Shown one piece after another: positions 28,396 to 40,368 of a stretch of DNA of 64,000 nt; position 1 is the first letter of the stretch; the number at the start of each line of letters is the position of its first letter. The position numbers were made by a program, and so were the translations under genes. Source of the stretch: Clostridiaceae bacterium (GTDB lineage Bacteria; Bacillota; Clostridia; Peptostreptococcales; Tindalliaceae); NCBI GenBank assembly GCA_024635995.1, contig JAGXHW010000020.1, forward strand, positions 4,136-68,135, written 5' to 3'. Under the pieces are notes generated by a model that was not told the origin of the DNA, searched no databases, and saw only the letters and a list, made by a program, of their open reading frames with translations.

Positions 28396-30158
28396 CCTTT
28401 CGTCGCAGGGATGGTCACAGTAAATTCTGTACCAATACCTACCTGGCTTTCCACCCGAATAGTACCGTTCATTGATAATACAATGTGTTTCACAATGGCC
28501 AGCCCCAAGCCGGTTCCTCCCACTTTCTTTGATCTTCCCTTATCAACACGGTAAAAACGTTCGAATAATCGTGGAATGTCTTTTCCTGGTATGCCGATCC
28601 CTGTGTCTTTTACCGACAACACAAAGTTATTTTTTTGTTTGTCAGCATTGATGGTAACAGTTCCTCCTGCAGGCGTGTATTTGATAGCATTGTCCACCAG
28701 GTTAATGACCATCTGCTTAAACCGGTCTTCATTAAGCTTCACCAAGGGAAGGTCCTTTGCAATCTGGAATTGGACGATGATTTCCTTTGTTTTTCCAATA
28801 GCTTTCATCATGGGTATCACTTCCAACAGTAAATCAGTGGGTGGTATATTTCTTTTTTGATCTTTTATTCTCATGTTTTCTATTTCAGAAAGGGTTAGGA
28901 TATCATCGATGAGTCTGGTTAGCCTCTCCGTTTCAATCTCAATGATATCAAGAAAGCGTTCTCTCGTGGTCTCGTCTTCGATATCTCCAGATTTTAAGGT
29001 CTCAACAAAACCGCTGATGGATGTCAGTGGTGTTTTAAGTTCGTGGGTAACGTTGGTTACAAAATCGGATCGGATCTTCTCCAGTTTTCTAATCTCCGTG
29101 ACATCATCCATAAATACCACCAGTCCTGTGGTTTTACCAGGATCATCCTCTTCATAAATTCTACTGGTAATGATGCGCAGGGTTTTTTCAGCAGGGTCAC
29201 GCAGCGTCACTTCAATATCCTTTTCAGTCTGTTCTTCCAGGGCTTCCTGAATCACATCGTCCAGGTCTGTGTGTCTTGCCAGTTCAAGAATGTGTTTACC
29301 ACTCATTTCTGTAGCCTCACGGCGAAACAGTTTTTCTGCAGCTGAATTCATCAGGGTGATATGTTTATCTTTGTCCACGGCAATGATAGGGTTTCGAAGA
29401 CTTCCCAACAAGGCTGTGAACCGGGCATTGTTTTGGGAAAGTTGCTTAACTGTCATATTCAACTGATCTGCCATCAGGTTAAAATGATCTGCCAGTTCGG
29501 AGAGTTCATCGTTTGAATCCAGGTAAATATGATTGTCATAATGCCCATCTGCCATACGCTGGGTCATTCGAACAATGTCCCTGATCCCAATCACCATCCT
29601 GTCAACGAGTCCAAACCCAAGCACCATGGCGATGGCCAGTCCTATGACAGCCGATAGGGCGATATACCATACGATGTTTCTTGTTAACGCTGCAATTTCG
29701 CTTAAATCCATGGATAACCTGATAATATGTGATATATCACCCATAGCGAAGGCAGGAACTGCCACATACATCATGTCCTGGTCCACAGTTGTGCTGTAAC
29801 GTATTTCCTTTCCATAACCACTTTCCATGGCCTCCACTATTTCAGGACGGTTCTCATGACTTTCCATAAGCTGTTGATCTGCATGTGTGTCATACATCAC
29901 CCTGCCATCTTTCTTGACAATGGTCACTCTGATGTTTTCTGAACGTGAAAGTTCTTCAACAATGGCTGTGAACGCTGCCTCATCCGGTGTGATCCGTTGG
30001 GTTTCCAGAAAGGAAACCAAAAGGCCGGCATTGGTCACCAGCCGGCTTTCAAGTTCAGATGTGTAGTTTTGTGTCACCAGATTGATGGAAAGCAATCCGA
30101 TGATCAGAACGCTCAACAACATAATAGCAATGAACGACCCCATTATTTTTCGTTTCAT
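28392..30158 (-). CDS. phoR: PhoR-type sensor histidine kinase (HAMP, PAS)
   Basis: HENRPEI, FVTNVTHELKTPLTSI, NLVDNAIKY, DTGIGIP, FERFYRVDKGRS, GTGLGLAIVKH. Confidence 0.9.
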   Translation of the reverse strand: MKRKIMGSFIAIMLLSVLIIGLLSINLVTQNYTSELESRLVTNAGLLVSFLETQRITPDEAAFTAIVEELSRSENIRVTIVKKDGRVMYDTHADQQLMESHENRPEIVEAMESGYGKEIRYSTTVDQDMMYVAVPAFAMGDISHIIRLSMDLSEIAALTRNIVWYIALSAVIGLAIAMVLGFGLVDRMVIGIRDIVRMTQRMADGHYDNHIYLDSNDELSELADHFNLMADQLNMTVKQLSQNNARFTALLGSLRNPIIAVDKDKHITLMNSAAEKLFRREATEMSGKHILELARHTDLDDVIQEALEEQTEKDIEVTLRDPAEKTLRIITSRIYEEDDPGKTTGLVVFMDDVTEIRKLEKIRSDFVTNVTHELKTPLTSISGFVETLKSGDIEDETTRERFLDIIEIETERLTRLIDDILTLSEIENMRIKDQKRNIPPTDLLLEVIPMMKAIGKTKEIIVQFQIAKDLPLVKLNEDRFKQMVINLVDNAIKYTPAGGTVTINADKQKNNFVLSVKDTGIGIPGKDIPRLFERFYRVDKGRSKKVGGTGLGLAIVKHIVLSMNGTIRVESQVGIGTEFTVTIPATKG

Positions 30159-30168
30159 ATCGACTCTC

Positions 30169-30864
30169 CTATTTGATCTTGTAGCCTACACCTCTAACGG
30201 TCTCAATGTAGTCATCCTCGCTATAATCACTGATTTTCTTCCTTATGTTTCGTATGTGTACATCAACGGTGCGTGTTTCTCCGAAATAGTCATATCCCCA
30301 AATTTCGTCCAATAAAAAGTTTCGCGACATAACCCTTCCTCTGTTTTTCAGCAGGTATTTCAACAGATCAAATTCTTTTAGTGTTAATTCGATGGATTGT
30401 CCATTAATGGTCACTTCGTGTCGTTCCAAGTCCATTGTCATATGTTGCCATTGGATTACAGTGGAAGGTTCTTCTACATGATGTTCTGAGCGCCGCAGTA
30501 CCGTTTTCACCCGGGTAACCAGTTCTTTCACACTGAAGGGTTTTGTCATGTAATCATCTGCGCCCAGTTCAAGGCCTAAAATACGGTCGATTTCTTCTGA
30601 TTTTGCTGTTAGCATAATAATGGGCAGCTCGCTGTTTTTATCAGATTTTCTAACCCGCTTGCACACTTCTATGCCATCAATATCCGGCAGCATTAAATCA
30701 AGTACCAGAAGATCAATTTTTTCATCTTCCAGTTTTTGCAGGGCAGTTGATCCATTATGGCAGACCGAAACCATAAACCCTGCTTTTTCAAGGTTAAATT
30801 TTACCAGTTCAGAGATATATTCTTCATCGTCTGTGACAAGTATATGCCGTTGTGATTGGTTCAT
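30169..30864 (-). CDS. phoP: PhoP/PhoB-type response regulator
   Basis: LDLMLP, MLTAK, GADDY, TRTVDVHIR, ETVRGVGY; upstream of phoR in a pst locus. Confidence 0.88.
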   Translation of the reverse strand: MNQSQRHILVTDDEEYISELVKFNLEKAGFMVSVCHNGSTALQKLEDEKIDLLVLDLMLPDIDGIEVCKRVRKSDKNSELPIIMLTAKSEEIDRILGLELGADDYMTKPFSVKELVTRVKTVLRRSEHHVEEPSTVIQWQHMTMDLERHEVTINGQSIELTLKEFDLLKYLLKNRGRVMSRNFLLDEIWGYDYFGETRTVDVHIRNIRKKISDYSEDDYIETVRGVGYKIK

Positions 30865-30894
30865 CTTTTAAAACCTCCATTTATTGTGCAGACC

Positions 30895-31152
30895 TTATTT
30901 AAGAAATTGGGCGATGCGATGAATCGTTTTGTTGACCTCTTCCTTTGTCATTGGTTCTTTCATTAAACAATCAACGGCATGATCCCTGATAATCACCCAG
31001 CCCACTTTTTCAACTGAAGATTTTATGGCAGCAATCTGCTGCATCACTTCATCACAATTTTTCCCTTCTTCAACCATTTTTTCAACGCCCTGAATATGTC
31101 CCCGTATGGTTTTAAGCCTTTTTATTACATCAGTGCGATCCTGTTGTTCCAT
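30895..31152 (-). CDS. CsoR/RcnR/FrmR-family metal-sensing repressor
   Basis: RLKTIRGHIQGVEKMVEE..NCDEVMQQIAAIKS..HAVDC. Confidence 0.88.
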   Translation of the reverse strand: MEQQDRTDVIKRLKTIRGHIQGVEKMVEEGKNCDEVMQQIAAIKSSVEKVGWVIIRDHAVDCLMKEPMTKEEVNKTIHRIAQFLK

Positions 31153-31299
31153 TTCATCAGCTCCTTGTCGCATTCCTTGAATTCTTATTGCAATTATAAC
31201 ATAACTTTTTTGCGACAAGGGAAAATTTGTTTACCAGAAACCTGATCGGGTATTTAACAGTTGAATCAACTTATTCTATTCTCGAAAGGAGATTTGTAA

Positions 31300-31461
31300 A
31301 TGGAAAAATATGTATGCATGCCATGTGGTTATGTTTATGATCCGGCTGATGGTGACCCAGATTCCGGAGTGGCTCCAGGTACAGCTTTTGAAGATGTGCC
31401 AGAAGAGTGGGTATGTCCCGTTTGTGGCGCTGGTAAAGATATGTTCGAACCCGAAAGCTGA
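31300..31461 (+). CDS. Rubredoxin, 53 aa
   Basis: Not in the ORF track. RBS AAAGGAG; [53 protein letters not shown]. Confidence 0.97.
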   Translation: MEKYVCMPCGYVYDPADGDPDSGVAPGTAFEDVPEEWVCPVCGAGKDMFEPES

Positions 31462-31555
31462 TTTTTAACTGAACAGATTTTAGAATACACACGTGGGGCT
31501 GCTGTTATTCAGCAGCCTTGCTTTTACTTTTTGTCTCTCCTCACTTATTATATCA

Positions 31556-32368
31556 CTAGCCAAATCGTCCAGTGATATAATCTTCCGTTCGCTGGTCTGC
31601 CGGGCTGGAAAATATTTTTTCTGTCTTGTCATATTCAATCAATTCGCCCATAAGAAAAAACGCCGTTTTATCGGAAATTCGGCTGGCTTGCTGCATCGAA
31701 TGAGTGACAATGACAATGGTATAGTCTTTTTTAATTTGCTCGATTAATTCTTCAATTTTATAAGTGGCAATAGGGTCCAGCGCCGAGGTGGGTTCGTCCA
31801 TGAGGAGTACATCCGGTTCAGTGGCCAGGCTTCTCGCGATGCATAATCGTTGTTGCTGCCCACCTGACAAATCATAGGCGTTTTTATGCAGCCTGTCTTT
31901 TACTTCATCCCATAAAGCCGCATTGGTTAAACTGATCTCCGCAATTTCCATCAGTTTCTTTTTGTCATTGATGCCATGAACCCGCGGTCCATACACCACA
32001 TTTTCAAACACTGATTTTGGAAAGGGATTGGGTTTTTGAAACACCATTCCCACCTGGGTTCTTAAGGTTTCCACTTTCATGGCATCATCAAAAATGTTCT
32101 TGTCGTGGTACAGAATTTCACCGTCAATTTTTACATTTGCTATGAGTTCCACCATTCGATTAAGGGTTTTGATAAAAGTCGATTTTCCACACCCTGAAGG
32201 TCCAATGATGGCGGTGACTTCTTTTTCATGAATGTCGAAGCTTAAGTCTTTAAGTGCAAGGAAATCACTATACCACAGATTCAACTGACTCACTTGATAG
32301 ATTGGTTTTTTCCATTGATGTTGCTTTTTATATTCCTGGTTCAATGTGATCACTCCATTTGTCTTCAT
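31556..32368 (-). CDS. pstB: Phosphate ABC ATPase PstB (copy in pstSCAB)
   Basis: [31 protein letters not shown]. Confidence 0.95.
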   Translation of the reverse strand: MKTNGVITLNQEYKKQHQWKKPIYQVSQLNLWYSDFLALKDLSFDIHEKEVTAIIGPSGCGKSTFIKTLNRMVELIANVKIDGEILYHDKNIFDDAMKVETLRTQVGMVFQKPNPFPKSVFENVVYGPRVHGINDKKKLMEIAEISLTNAALWDEVKDRLHKNAYDLSGGQQQRLCIARSLATEPDVLLMDEPTSALDPIATYKIEELIEQIKKDYTIVIVTHSMQQASRISDKTAFFLMGELIEYDKTEKIFSSPADQRTEDYITGRFG

Positions 32369-32372
32369 GACA

Positions 32373-33332
32373 TCAATACCTGCGCTGAAACTTATTCCTG
32401 ATGATTATTGCCGAAGCGTTTAGTGTCAACAACACCACCATGAGCACCACAATGGTAGCCGCAGCCAGATTAGCGTATTCCCTGGTCAAAACAGTGTCCA
32501 GGGTCCAATAATAAATTTGTATTGGTAATGTGGTAAAGTCATCCATAATTCCCTGAGGGTATTTCAGAATTAGTGTCGGAATTCCTAACACAACCAGGGG
32601 TGCTGTTTCTCCAATGGTCCTTGACACAGCCAGAATGGCTCCTGTTAAAATTCCCGGCAACGCTGTGGGCACCACAACACGGCGAATGGTTGACCATTTA
32701 GTGGCACCCATGGCGTAAGAAGCTTCCCTTAAAAATCCAGGAACTGCACGGATGGCCTCCTGACTGGATACAACCACTATGGGTAACCCCAGCAATGACA
32801 ACGTCAACCCGCCTGCCAACACACTGGAACCAAGGCCGAGTAGTCGGCCAAAAACCGTTAAACCCAATAGTCCAAAAATAACCGAAGGTACCCCTGCCAG
32901 GTTGGATATATTTGTATTTATCAGGTGTTTCAGCTTTTGATTTTTTGCAAATTCTTCCAAGTAGATGGCCGTTGAAACGCCCAGCACCAGTGTCACCGGG
33001 ATCACCACTGACATTAACCATAATGAACCAACTATTGCACCGAAAATTCCTGCTTTTTCAGGATTGATTGACAACCGTCCTGTCAAAAAATGTATGTTTA
33101 GCCAACCGATACTGTCAGCCACGATGCGTTGTAATAGAATTCCTAGTACCAACAATGCAAAGATGGTGGAAAGAAAAAAGACTTTTTGTAGGACACGGTC
33201 CAGTAATATACGTCGTGCCAAACGATTTTTGGCTTGTCCACTTTCAAAGAAGGATTTTGTTTTAGCCGACGAAGCATTGTTTATCTGGTGTGTCTTTTGT
33301 TGTTGGTATGACTTCATGGTTTCAACATTCAT
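32373..33332 (-). CDS. pstA: Phosphate ABC permease PstA
   Basis: [33 protein letters not shown]. Confidence 0.93.
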   Translation of the reverse strand: MNVETMKSYQQQKTHQINNASSAKTKSFFESGQAKNRLARRILLDRVLQKVFFLSTIFALLVLGILLQRIVADSIGWLNIHFLTGRLSINPEKAGIFGAIVGSLWLMSVVIPVTLVLGVSTAIYLEEFAKNQKLKHLINTNISNLAGVPSVIFGLLGLTVFGRLLGLGSSVLAGGLTLSLLGLPIVVVSSQEAIRAVPGFLREASYAMGATKWSTIRRVVVPTALPGILTGAILAVSRTIGETAPLVVLGIPTLILKYPQGIMDDFTTLPIQIYYWTLDTVLTREYANLAAATIVVLMVVLLTLNASAIIIRNKFQRRY

Positions 33333-34262
33333 CTAATATTCCTCCCGGTACTTACGTGCAATGTGTTGTGCAAACAAGTTCATTGCCAGCGTGAACAGGA
33401 ACAACAACAAACCAACTGCATATAAACTATAGTAACCCACAGTCCCACTGCCTGCATCACCGCTGGTGAACTCAACAATATACGCCGTCATAGTCTGCAT
33501 GGACTGGGTGACATCAAAGGTCATGTTTTTTGAACTGCCGCTGGCGATGACCACGATCATGGTTTCTCCTATGGCACGGGAGATCGCCAGGATAAAGGAC
33601 GCCACAATGCCTGATATAGCCGATGGTATGACGACAAAAAGAGTGGTTTCCAGTCTTGTGGTGCCCAGCGCCAACGAACCTTCCCTCATCACATGAGGAA
33701 CAGATTCCATGGCGTCTTCAGACAAGGAAGAGACCATGGGTATGATCATGATCCCCATGACAATACCAGGGCTTAATGCGTTTTTTGCGTTCAGACTCGG
33801 AATCAGGTTCATTAACAGGGGTGTAACAAAAGAATAGGCAAAAAAACCATAAACAATGGTAGGGACACCTGCCAACAACTCCATGATGGGTTTAAGCCAC
33901 TTCTTTTTTCTGGCCGAAGCATATTCGCTCAAATAAATGGCAGCTGTCAGACCAACGGGTACCGCCACTACCATGGCAATTAAAGAAGTGATTAACGTAC
34001 CCGTCAGTAAGGGAAGAAATCCAAAGGCCGGGTTTTCTGCCCGTAAGGGTGCCAGGTTTGTGCTGAATATTTCCCGCAGGGGAACCACTGCAAAGAATTT
34101 GGAAGCATCAACCACAAGCGTTAACACAATTCCTAAGGTCGTCAGTATGGAAATCAAAGCCGCCACAACAAAAAACACAGGCATCCCTTTTTCCAACCAT
34201 TGTGTTTTTCGATTGATGCCCTTATTCTGTATGATCTCCCTAACATTGGCAGACCGCTTCAT
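33333..34262 (-). CDS. pstC: Phosphate ABC permease PstC
   Basis: AIYLSEYA, ELLAGVPTIVYG, SRAIGETM; probable ATG at 34262. Confidence 0.93.
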   Translation of the reverse strand: MKRSANVREIIQNKGINRKTQWLEKGMPVFFVVAALISILTTLGIVLTLVVDASKFFAVVPLREIFSTNLAPLRAENPAFGFLPLLTGTLITSLIAMVVAVPVGLTAAIYLSEYASARKKKWLKPIMELLAGVPTIVYGFFAYSFVTPLLMNLIPSLNAKNALSPGIVMGIMIIPMVSSLSEDAMESVPHVMREGSLALGTTRLETTLFVVIPSAISGIVASFILAISRAIGETMIVVIASGSSKNMTFDVTQSMQTMTAYIVEFTSGDAGSGTVGYYSLYAVGLLLFLFTLAMNLFAQHIARKYREEY

Positions 34263-34374
34263 TTTTTTTACCCCTTTCCCCATGATCCAAGTGATTACAA
34301 ACCTAAAATGGGTGATTGCCACCCCATCTCAGGTTTAGTTTGTTGACCGATTTATGTTTTATCTATGTCGAATA

Positions 34375-35388
34375 TTATAGGTTGTTCAATTGATCCGTGT
34401 ATGCCTGGTACTCTGCTGCCGGCAATGGGGCAAAACCATTTTCTCCTGCTAATCTTGCTGCACCGTCAGGACTCACCACATATTTGGCATAGTCAAGCAC
34501 TTGAGGCTTTTCCTTTGCATAGGCTGCGTTCAGATAGGTAAACACAGGTCTGGTAAAGTTTGCATAAGGTAGGGTTTCACCAATTGTGTCAAGAGAAGGT
34601 TCCACCGGGCCATTACCAAAATCAATCTTCACCGCTTTGATGATATCCTGGTTGGTCACATAATATCCGAATCCGAAGAAGGAAATTGCGTTTTTATCGT
34701 TACTTACCAGGTCAACAAGTGTTGAATATTCTTGTTGTAAGTCAGCTGTTTTCACTAGATCTGTTTCATCCAGTAACACTTCATAGAAGAATTCAAAGGT
34801 ACCATGGTTTTCATTAGGTCCATAAAATTTGATTTCTTCCTGTGGCCACTCGGGACGAATGTCAGACCATAGCACCTTGTCATCATCTCGATAAGCTCCT
34901 GCTTTATACATGGTCAGTATTTCGTCTTCCGTCATTTCTTCTGCCCAGTCATTGTCACTGTTGATGACCATGGTCAACCCGTCCAATGCCAGTTTGAACT
35001 CGAGTATGTCTTCTCCGTAGACAAAACCATTTTCTTCAAGACCCTGAATCTCTTCATCCTTGATGGCCCTTGAGGCATCTGCGAAGTCCAGTTCACCTGG
35101 TATGAATTTTTTCAGACCAGCACTGGAACCTGCACGCCCCACTTGCACACTTACATTTGGTTGCTCGTTAACCATGTATTCTTCTGCAATGTTTGCCATC
35201 AGGGGATACACCGTGCCAGATCCATCTACGATGACTGTTCCTTCCAATTCCTGATCCATTGCTTCTTCTCCACCATTTGCCTCTGCAGGCGCTTCAGCTG
35301 CAGACTCATCATTTGAACTGCCGCACCCTACTGCACTCACCATCAACACTGCTACCATGAGCAATAAAAAGAACTTCTTCATTAACAA
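34375..35388 (-). CDS. pstS: Phosphate-binding lipoprotein PstS
   Basis: Lipobox AVGC, VDGSGTVYP, GSSAG, ADASR, GTFEFF. Confidence 0.9.
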   Translation of the reverse strand: MLMKKFFLLLMVAVLMVSAVGCGSSNDESAAEAPAEANGGEEAMDQELEGTVIVDGSGTVYPLMANIAEEYMVNEQPNVSVQVGRAGSSAGLKKFIPGELDFADASRAIKDEEIQGLEENGFVYGEDILEFKLALDGLTMVINSDNDWAEEMTEDEILTMYKAGAYRDDDKVLWSDIRPEWPQEEIKFYGPNENHGTFEFFYEVLLDETDLVKTADLQQEYSTLVDLVSNDKNAISFFGFGYYVTNQDIIKAVKIDFGNGPVEPSLDTIGETLPYANFTRPVFTYLNAAYAKEKPQVLDYAKYVVSPDGAARLAGENGFAPLPAAEYQAYTDQLNNL

Positions 35389-35456
35389 TTACCTCCCAGG
35401 TCATTTTCATTTGATTTATCTCACAAATAGAGTGTAACCCAACTGTCGAATGAAAG

Positions 35457-35495
35457 TGTTATCCCAGGGTTAACCTTATATTAAGATATTGTAAA
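35457..35495 (-). promoter_or_regulatory. Pho box array upstream of pstS
   Basis: Minus strand TTTACA-N5-TTAATA-N5-TTAACC-N5-ATAACA (11-bp period); -10-like TACACT at 35431-35436. Confidence 0.78.
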
Positions 35496-35586
35496 GGCGC
35501 TTTTTAGTTATAAAAAAATGGGAATTGCTTTTAGCAAGAGGACACGGTATGATGGTATCAATGTTGAATTAAAAGGATGTGTAACA

Positions 35587-36486
35587 ATGACACAAAGAAA
35601 CAAAGCTAATTTGGCCTTGCTTGGTGTGGCAATGGTGTGGGGTTCTTCTTTTGTGCTTTCCAAAGGATCTCTCGAACACATGGCAACCTTCAACTTTCTG
35701 GCGCTTCGCTTTATCTTGTCAGGGTTTATCTGTTGTGTTTTATTCTACAAAAATATGCTTACGCTGACCAAACGGAACTTTGCCCATGGCGTCATCATTG
35801 GTACTGTGTTGTTTGGTGCCTATGGTTTATGGGCTTATGGCCTAAACTTTACCACTGCATCAAAATCCGGGTTTATCATTGGTTTCACAGTGGTCCTTGT
35901 GCCCCTTATCTCAGCAGTTATCCTTAAAAAAATGCCGGCACCAGCATCCCTGGGCGGTGCCCTCCTGGCAACAATTGGTCTGGCTTTCCTTTCCCTGGAA
36001 GGCGGTTTTTCTCTCCATAAAGGCGACCTTTTAACTCTTGCCGCTGCATTTATGTTTGCCCTGCATATTATTACCATTGGCCAGTTTACCCTCACTGCTG
36101 ACTCGATTGCTCTGGCGGTTGTTCAAATCAGCACCGTTGGTGTTCTCAGCCTACCCGTTACATTCTTATGGGAAACACCCATCATTCCCACTGGTGCAGA
36201 GGTTTGGGTGAACTTATCAATTTTAATTGTTTTCTGCACAGCAGTGGCATATATTGTTCTTAACCACATGCAGAAATTTACTTCTCCAACACAAACCGCT
36301 ATGATCTTTACCATGGAACCTGTATTTGCTGCTCTGTTTGCCTTTCTTCTGCTTGGAGAAACTTTATCCCCCAGAAGTTTTGCAGGCAGTCTTCTTATAC
36401 TAACAGGTATGATTATTTCAGAACTTAACTGGCGAAAAATTATACTTTACGCTCCTTTCAAACGAAAAAAAATCTCCAGAACATAA
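35587..36486 (+). CDS. DMT/EamA-family transporter
   Basis: WGSSF, LALRF, TTASKSGFI, GDLLTL, EPVFAALF..LLGE. Confidence 0.9.
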   Translation: MTQRNKANLALLGVAMVWGSSFVLSKGSLEHMATFNFLALRFILSGFICCVLFYKNMLTLTKRNFAHGVIIGTVLFGAYGLWAYGLNFTTASKSGFIIGFTVVLVPLISAVILKKMPAPASLGGALLATIGLAFLSLEGGFSLHKGDLLTLAAAFMFALHIITIGQFTLTADSIALAVVQISTVGVLSLPVTFLWETPIIPTGAEVWVNLSILIVFCTAVAYIVLNHMQKFTSPTQTAMIFTMEPVFAALFAFLLLGETLSPRSFAGSLLILTGMIISELNWRKIILYAPFKRKKISRT

Positions 36487-36544
36487 ACAGGATAAAAACA
36501 GCCACCCATTTCACAAACTTGGGTGGCTGTTTTTATGTTGTCTC

Positions 36545-37177
36545 TTACTCATCTTCACCTTGTTCCGGCAGAGGTGGCATCTCAAAGCTTATCGGCGCCA
36601 AATGTGATTCAAGGACTTCCCATACCGGATCAACGCCTTCTTTTTTTAAAGCTGATACCGGTAAGATGACTGCTTCCTTTTTCATTCCCAGTTGGTTACG
36701 AATTCGTTTCATCTGCTGCATTAATTTTGACCGGGACAGTTTGTCTGCTTTTGTTGCAATCACAACGCTTCCAAAACCGCGCTGTTGTATCCATCCATAC
36801 ATCTCTTTATCGTCTTCCGAAGGATCGTGACGGCAGTCTACCAATAAAACCACTTCCCGTAAACTGGGCCTGTGACTCAAGTATTTGCCGATCATCCCTC
36901 CCCAGGATTCCCTTTCTTTCTTGGACACCTTGGCATATCCATAACCTGGCAGGTCTACCAGGTAGAAATGATGATTGATGTTGTAAAAGTTGATGGTTCT
37001 TGTCTTGCCGGGTGTGGAGCTGGTTTTTGCCAATTTCTTTCGGTTTAGCAATGTATTAATCAGGGATGATTTCCCCACATTAGACCTGCCGGCCATGGCG
37101 ATTTCAGGCATATCAGGCACGGGGTATTGTTCCAGTTTTACAAAACTACCAACAAAAGTTGCCTCTTTAATAATCAT
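36545..37177 (-). CDS. engB: Ribosome biogenesis GTPase YsxC/EngB
   Basis: [28 protein letters not shown]; directly after lon. Confidence 0.95.
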   Translation of the reverse strand: MIIKEATFVGSFVKLEQYPVPDMPEIAMAGRSNVGKSSLINTLLNRKKLAKTSSTPGKTRTINFYNINHHFYLVDLPGYGYAKVSKKERESWGGMIGKYLSHRPSLREVVLLVDCRHDPSEDDKEMYGWIQQRGFGSVVIATKADKLSRSKLMQQMKRIRNQLGMKKEAVILPVSALKKEGVDPVWEVLESHLAPISFEMPPLPEQGEDE

Positions 37178-39525
37178 TTTTTATCTCCCTGTACCAGTGC
37201 GTGTTCCAACACCTCGTCCATGTGATCCACAAAGACGAATTCCATTTTTCTACGAATGTTTTCCGGGATTTCGTCCATGTCTTTTTCGTTGTCCTTGGGT
37301 AATAACACCTTTTTGATGCCTGCACGTTTAGCGGCCAGCACCTTTTCTTTTACACCACCTATGGGCAGCACGCGTCCTCTTAGGGTTATTTCTCCTGTCA
37401 TGGCAACATCTTTGCGAACCGGGATGTTGGACAGGGCAGAAATCACCGCTGTTGCCATGGTAATGCCTGCAGAAGGTCCATCTTTCGGAGTTCCCCCTTC
37501 AGGAATGTGTATGTGCAAATCCTTATTAGAATGAAAATCCGGGTCAATGCCAAACACTTCAACCCTTGAACGAATATAACTGATACCCGCCCTTGCAGAC
37601 TCCTTCATCACATCACCCAGTCGCCCCGTCAGCTCAAGTTTCCCTGTGCCTCTCATAGGTGTTACTTCAATGGAGATCGTATCGCCACCCACCACTGTCC
37701 AGGCAAGACCACGCGCAATCCCGACTTCATCTTTCTGGGCAGCCATCTCATATCGAAACTGCGGTGTACCCAGGTATTTTTTCAGGTTGCCCGGATTGAT
37801 ACGAACAAATTTGATTTTTTCTTCCACGATGCGACGAACCACTTTTCGGCATATATTGGCAATCTGGCGCTCCAGGTTACGGACACCGGATTCTCTGGTA
37901 TAGCTGTTTATAATGTCCCTCAAAGCAGGTTCAGATATTTTCAGATTATCCGTTTTAAGGCCATGATCCCTGATTTGTTTCGGTAATAAATATTTCTCGG
38001 CAATGGACAGTTTTTCATCTTCTGTATAACCAGGAATACGGATCACTTCCATGCGGTCCAGCAATGGTCGTGGTATGGTGTCCATTGTGTTTGCTGTGGT
38101 GATAAACATTACTTTTGATAGGTTGAATGGAATCTCCAGAAAATGATCTGTAAAATCATAGTTTTGTTCCGGATCAAGCACTTCCAATAAAGCTGACGCA
38201 GGGTCTCCTCGAAAATCATTGGCCAGTTTATCAATTTCATCCAGCAAAAAGACAGGGTTACGAGTGCCCGATTGACGAATGGAACTGACAATTCTGCCAG
38301 GAATGGCACCAATGTAAGTACGGCGATGACCACGTATTTCTGCTTCATCCCTCATACCACCCAGTGACATGCGAACGAATTTTCGATCCAATGAACGTGC
38401 AACGGATTTGGCAATGGATGTTTTACCTACCCCAGGAGGTCCCACAAGGCACAGGATGGGTCCTTTCATCGATTTGGACAATTGTCTGATGGCCAAATAC
38501 TCAAGAATTCGTTCCTTCACCTTATCCAATCCATGATGGTCTTCTTCCAGTATTTCCGCTGATCGTTTTAAATCCAAACGGTCTTTCGTTTCCTTGTTCC
38601 ACGGAAGGTTCAGTACCCAGTCAATGTAATTGCGAATGACACCTGTTTCCGCAGATGAAGCCGGCAATTTAGCCAAACGGTCTATTTCCCGTTCAATCTT
38701 TTGATGAATGTCTTTGGGAAATTTAATCTTTTTCAGTTGCTTCTTATACTTGTCAATTTCCTCCAAAACGCCCTCATCTTCGCCCAGTTCCTTTTGAATG
38801 GCACGCAGCTGTTCCCTTAAATAGTATTCCTTTTGCACTTTATTGATCTGTTTTTTAACACGGGTGCTTATTTTCTTCTCAATTTCAAGGATTTCGATTT
38901 CTTCCAAAAGAAAACGGTACAACACTTCCAGACGTTCCGTGGAATCAAATGCCTCCAGAACCTCTTGTTTTTGGTTGGGTTTCAGAATGATGTTGGAAGC
39001 AATGCTGTCTGCCAGGCGTCCCGGATGTTCAATCTCTGTGATGGTCATAAAAATCTCAGGTGAGATCTTATTACTAACTTCAATGTACTTTTCAAAAGCA
39101 TCAATGACACTTCTCATCAAGGCTTCCGTTTCCGTATCCACAATTTTTTTACCATCATCCAATTCTATCCATTCTTCCACTTCCACCATAAAATAAGGTA
39201 TTTCCTGGACAAACTTTCTCACACGCCCACGTGTGATGCCTTCAACCAAAACCCTGATGTTATCACCTGGAAGCTTCAGCATTTGCTTAACGCGGGATAC
39301 TGTTCCCACTTCATACATATCTTCTGCATTAGGCGAGGTCGTTTCGGCTTCTTTTTGTGATGACAAGAATATCATCTGGTCACTGACCATAGCTTCTTCC
39401 AATGCGTTGATTGATCTTTCCCGGCCCACGTCAAAATGTAACACCATGTAGGGAAATACCGTTAAGCCCCGCAAGGGTATTAAGGGGAGGGTTCTTACTT
39501 CTTTCCCATTATTTTCCTCATTCAT
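37174..39525 (-). CDS. lon: ATP-dependent Lon protease
   Basis: [42 protein letters not shown]. Confidence 0.97.
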   Translation of the reverse strand: MNEENNGKEVRTLPLIPLRGLTVFPYMVLHFDVGRERSINALEEAMVSDQMIFLSSQKEAETTSPNAEDMYEVGTVSRVKQMLKLPGDNIRVLVEGITRGRVRKFVQEIPYFMVEVEEWIELDDGKKIVDTETEALMRSVIDAFEKYIEVSNKISPEIFMTITEIEHPGRLADSIASNIILKPNQKQEVLEAFDSTERLEVLYRFLLEEIEILEIEKKISTRVKKQINKVQKEYYLREQLRAIQKELGEDEGVLEEIDKYKKQLKKIKFPKDIHQKIEREIDRLAKLPASSAETGVIRNYIDWVLNLPWNKETKDRLDLKRSAEILEEDHHGLDKVKERILEYLAIRQLSKSMKGPILCLVGPPGVGKTSIAKSVARSLDRKFVRMSLGGMRDEAEIRGHRRTYIGAIPGRIVSSIRQSGTRNPVFLLDEIDKLANDFRGDPASALLEVLDPEQNYDFTDHFLEIPFNLSKVMFITTANTMDTIPRPLLDRMEVIRIPGYTEDEKLSIAEKYLLPKQIRDHGLKTDNLKISEPALRDIINSYTRESGVRNLERQIANICRKVVRRIVEEKIKFVRINPGNLKKYLGTPQFRYEMAAQKDEVGIARGLAWTVVGGDTISIEVTPMRGTGKLELTGRLGDVMKESARAGISYIRSRVEVFGIDPDFHSNKDLHIHIPEGGTPKDGPSAGITMATAVISALSNIPVRKDVAMTGEITLRGRVLPIGGVKEKVLAAKRAGIKKVLLPKDNEKDMDEIPENIRRKMEFVFVDHMDEVLEHALVQGDKK

Positions 39526-39804
39526 ATACTATCATCTCCTATGCTTGTAACTTATATTAAATTCCGGTATGCTTATATCGGGTCGATCATCATGATTTTT
39601 TCCATCATTTATGCCTTAATATTATTTGTACCCAATAAAGAAATAAATATCAACTAATGGCTACAAAATACAGTTTATTATATCCTTTTAACACCTTATG
39701 TGCAACTTTTTCATGTTTAAGTACACCTGTTGACATCTTAAGGCTGCTTCATAATGGCTTAAGATTCCCCACCAATTCGACGGTTTTCTTACACTATCAA
39801 CATA

Positions 39805-40368
39805 ATGGAGGCTAATTCGATGACGGTATCCCTCTGGAAACTGTTTACCATTTTTTTACGCGTTGGCGCTTTTACTTTTGGTGGAGGTTATGCCATGGTA
39901 CCCATCATTCAAAAAGAACTGGTGGACCGTGCCCATTTAATGAGTGACGAAGACTTTCTCGATGTCCTGGCTGTCTGCCAAAGTTTACCCGGTGCCATTG
40001 CTGTAAATGTTTCCACTTATTCAGGGTATAAAATCGCCGGAAAAAAAGGCGCCGCTGTCTGTGTCCTTGGCACTGTTATGCCCGCTTTCGTAATCATCCT
40101 GGTATACGCTCAGTTCTACCAGCAAATACGTGACATGGTTTTTATGCAACAGTTTTTCCTGGGTGTGCGCCCGGCCATTGTCGCACTGCTCATTGTTTCC
40201 CTGATGAAACTCTATCCCTCTGTGCCTAAAAACCCATTTTCCTACAGCATCACTGTGATAACCCTGATCCTTCTCCACTTCGTGGGCCTGCATCCTATCC
40301 TTATCATCATTGGTTGCATGCTGGCAGGATTCACCAGTGAGCGTTTAAAGGAGGAAAAACTGCCATGA
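39805..40368 (+). CDS. Short-chain chromate ion transporter (CHR), first subunit
   Basis: GAFTFGGGYAM, QSLPGAIAVN, GVRPA. Confidence 0.88.
   Translation: MEANSMTVSLWKLFTIFLRVGAFTFGGGYAMVPIIQKELVDRAHLMSDEDFLDVLAVCQSLPGAIAVNVSTYSGYKIAGKKGAAVCVLGTVMPAFVIILVYAQFYQQIRDMVFMQQFFLGVRPAIVALLIVSLMKLYPSVPKNPFSYSITVITLILLHFVGLHPILIIIGCMLAGFTSERLKEEKLP

Noticed and set aside
31271-31492. 73-aa minus-strand ORF from the track
   Set aside because: Antisense shadow of the rubredoxin gene on the plus strand.
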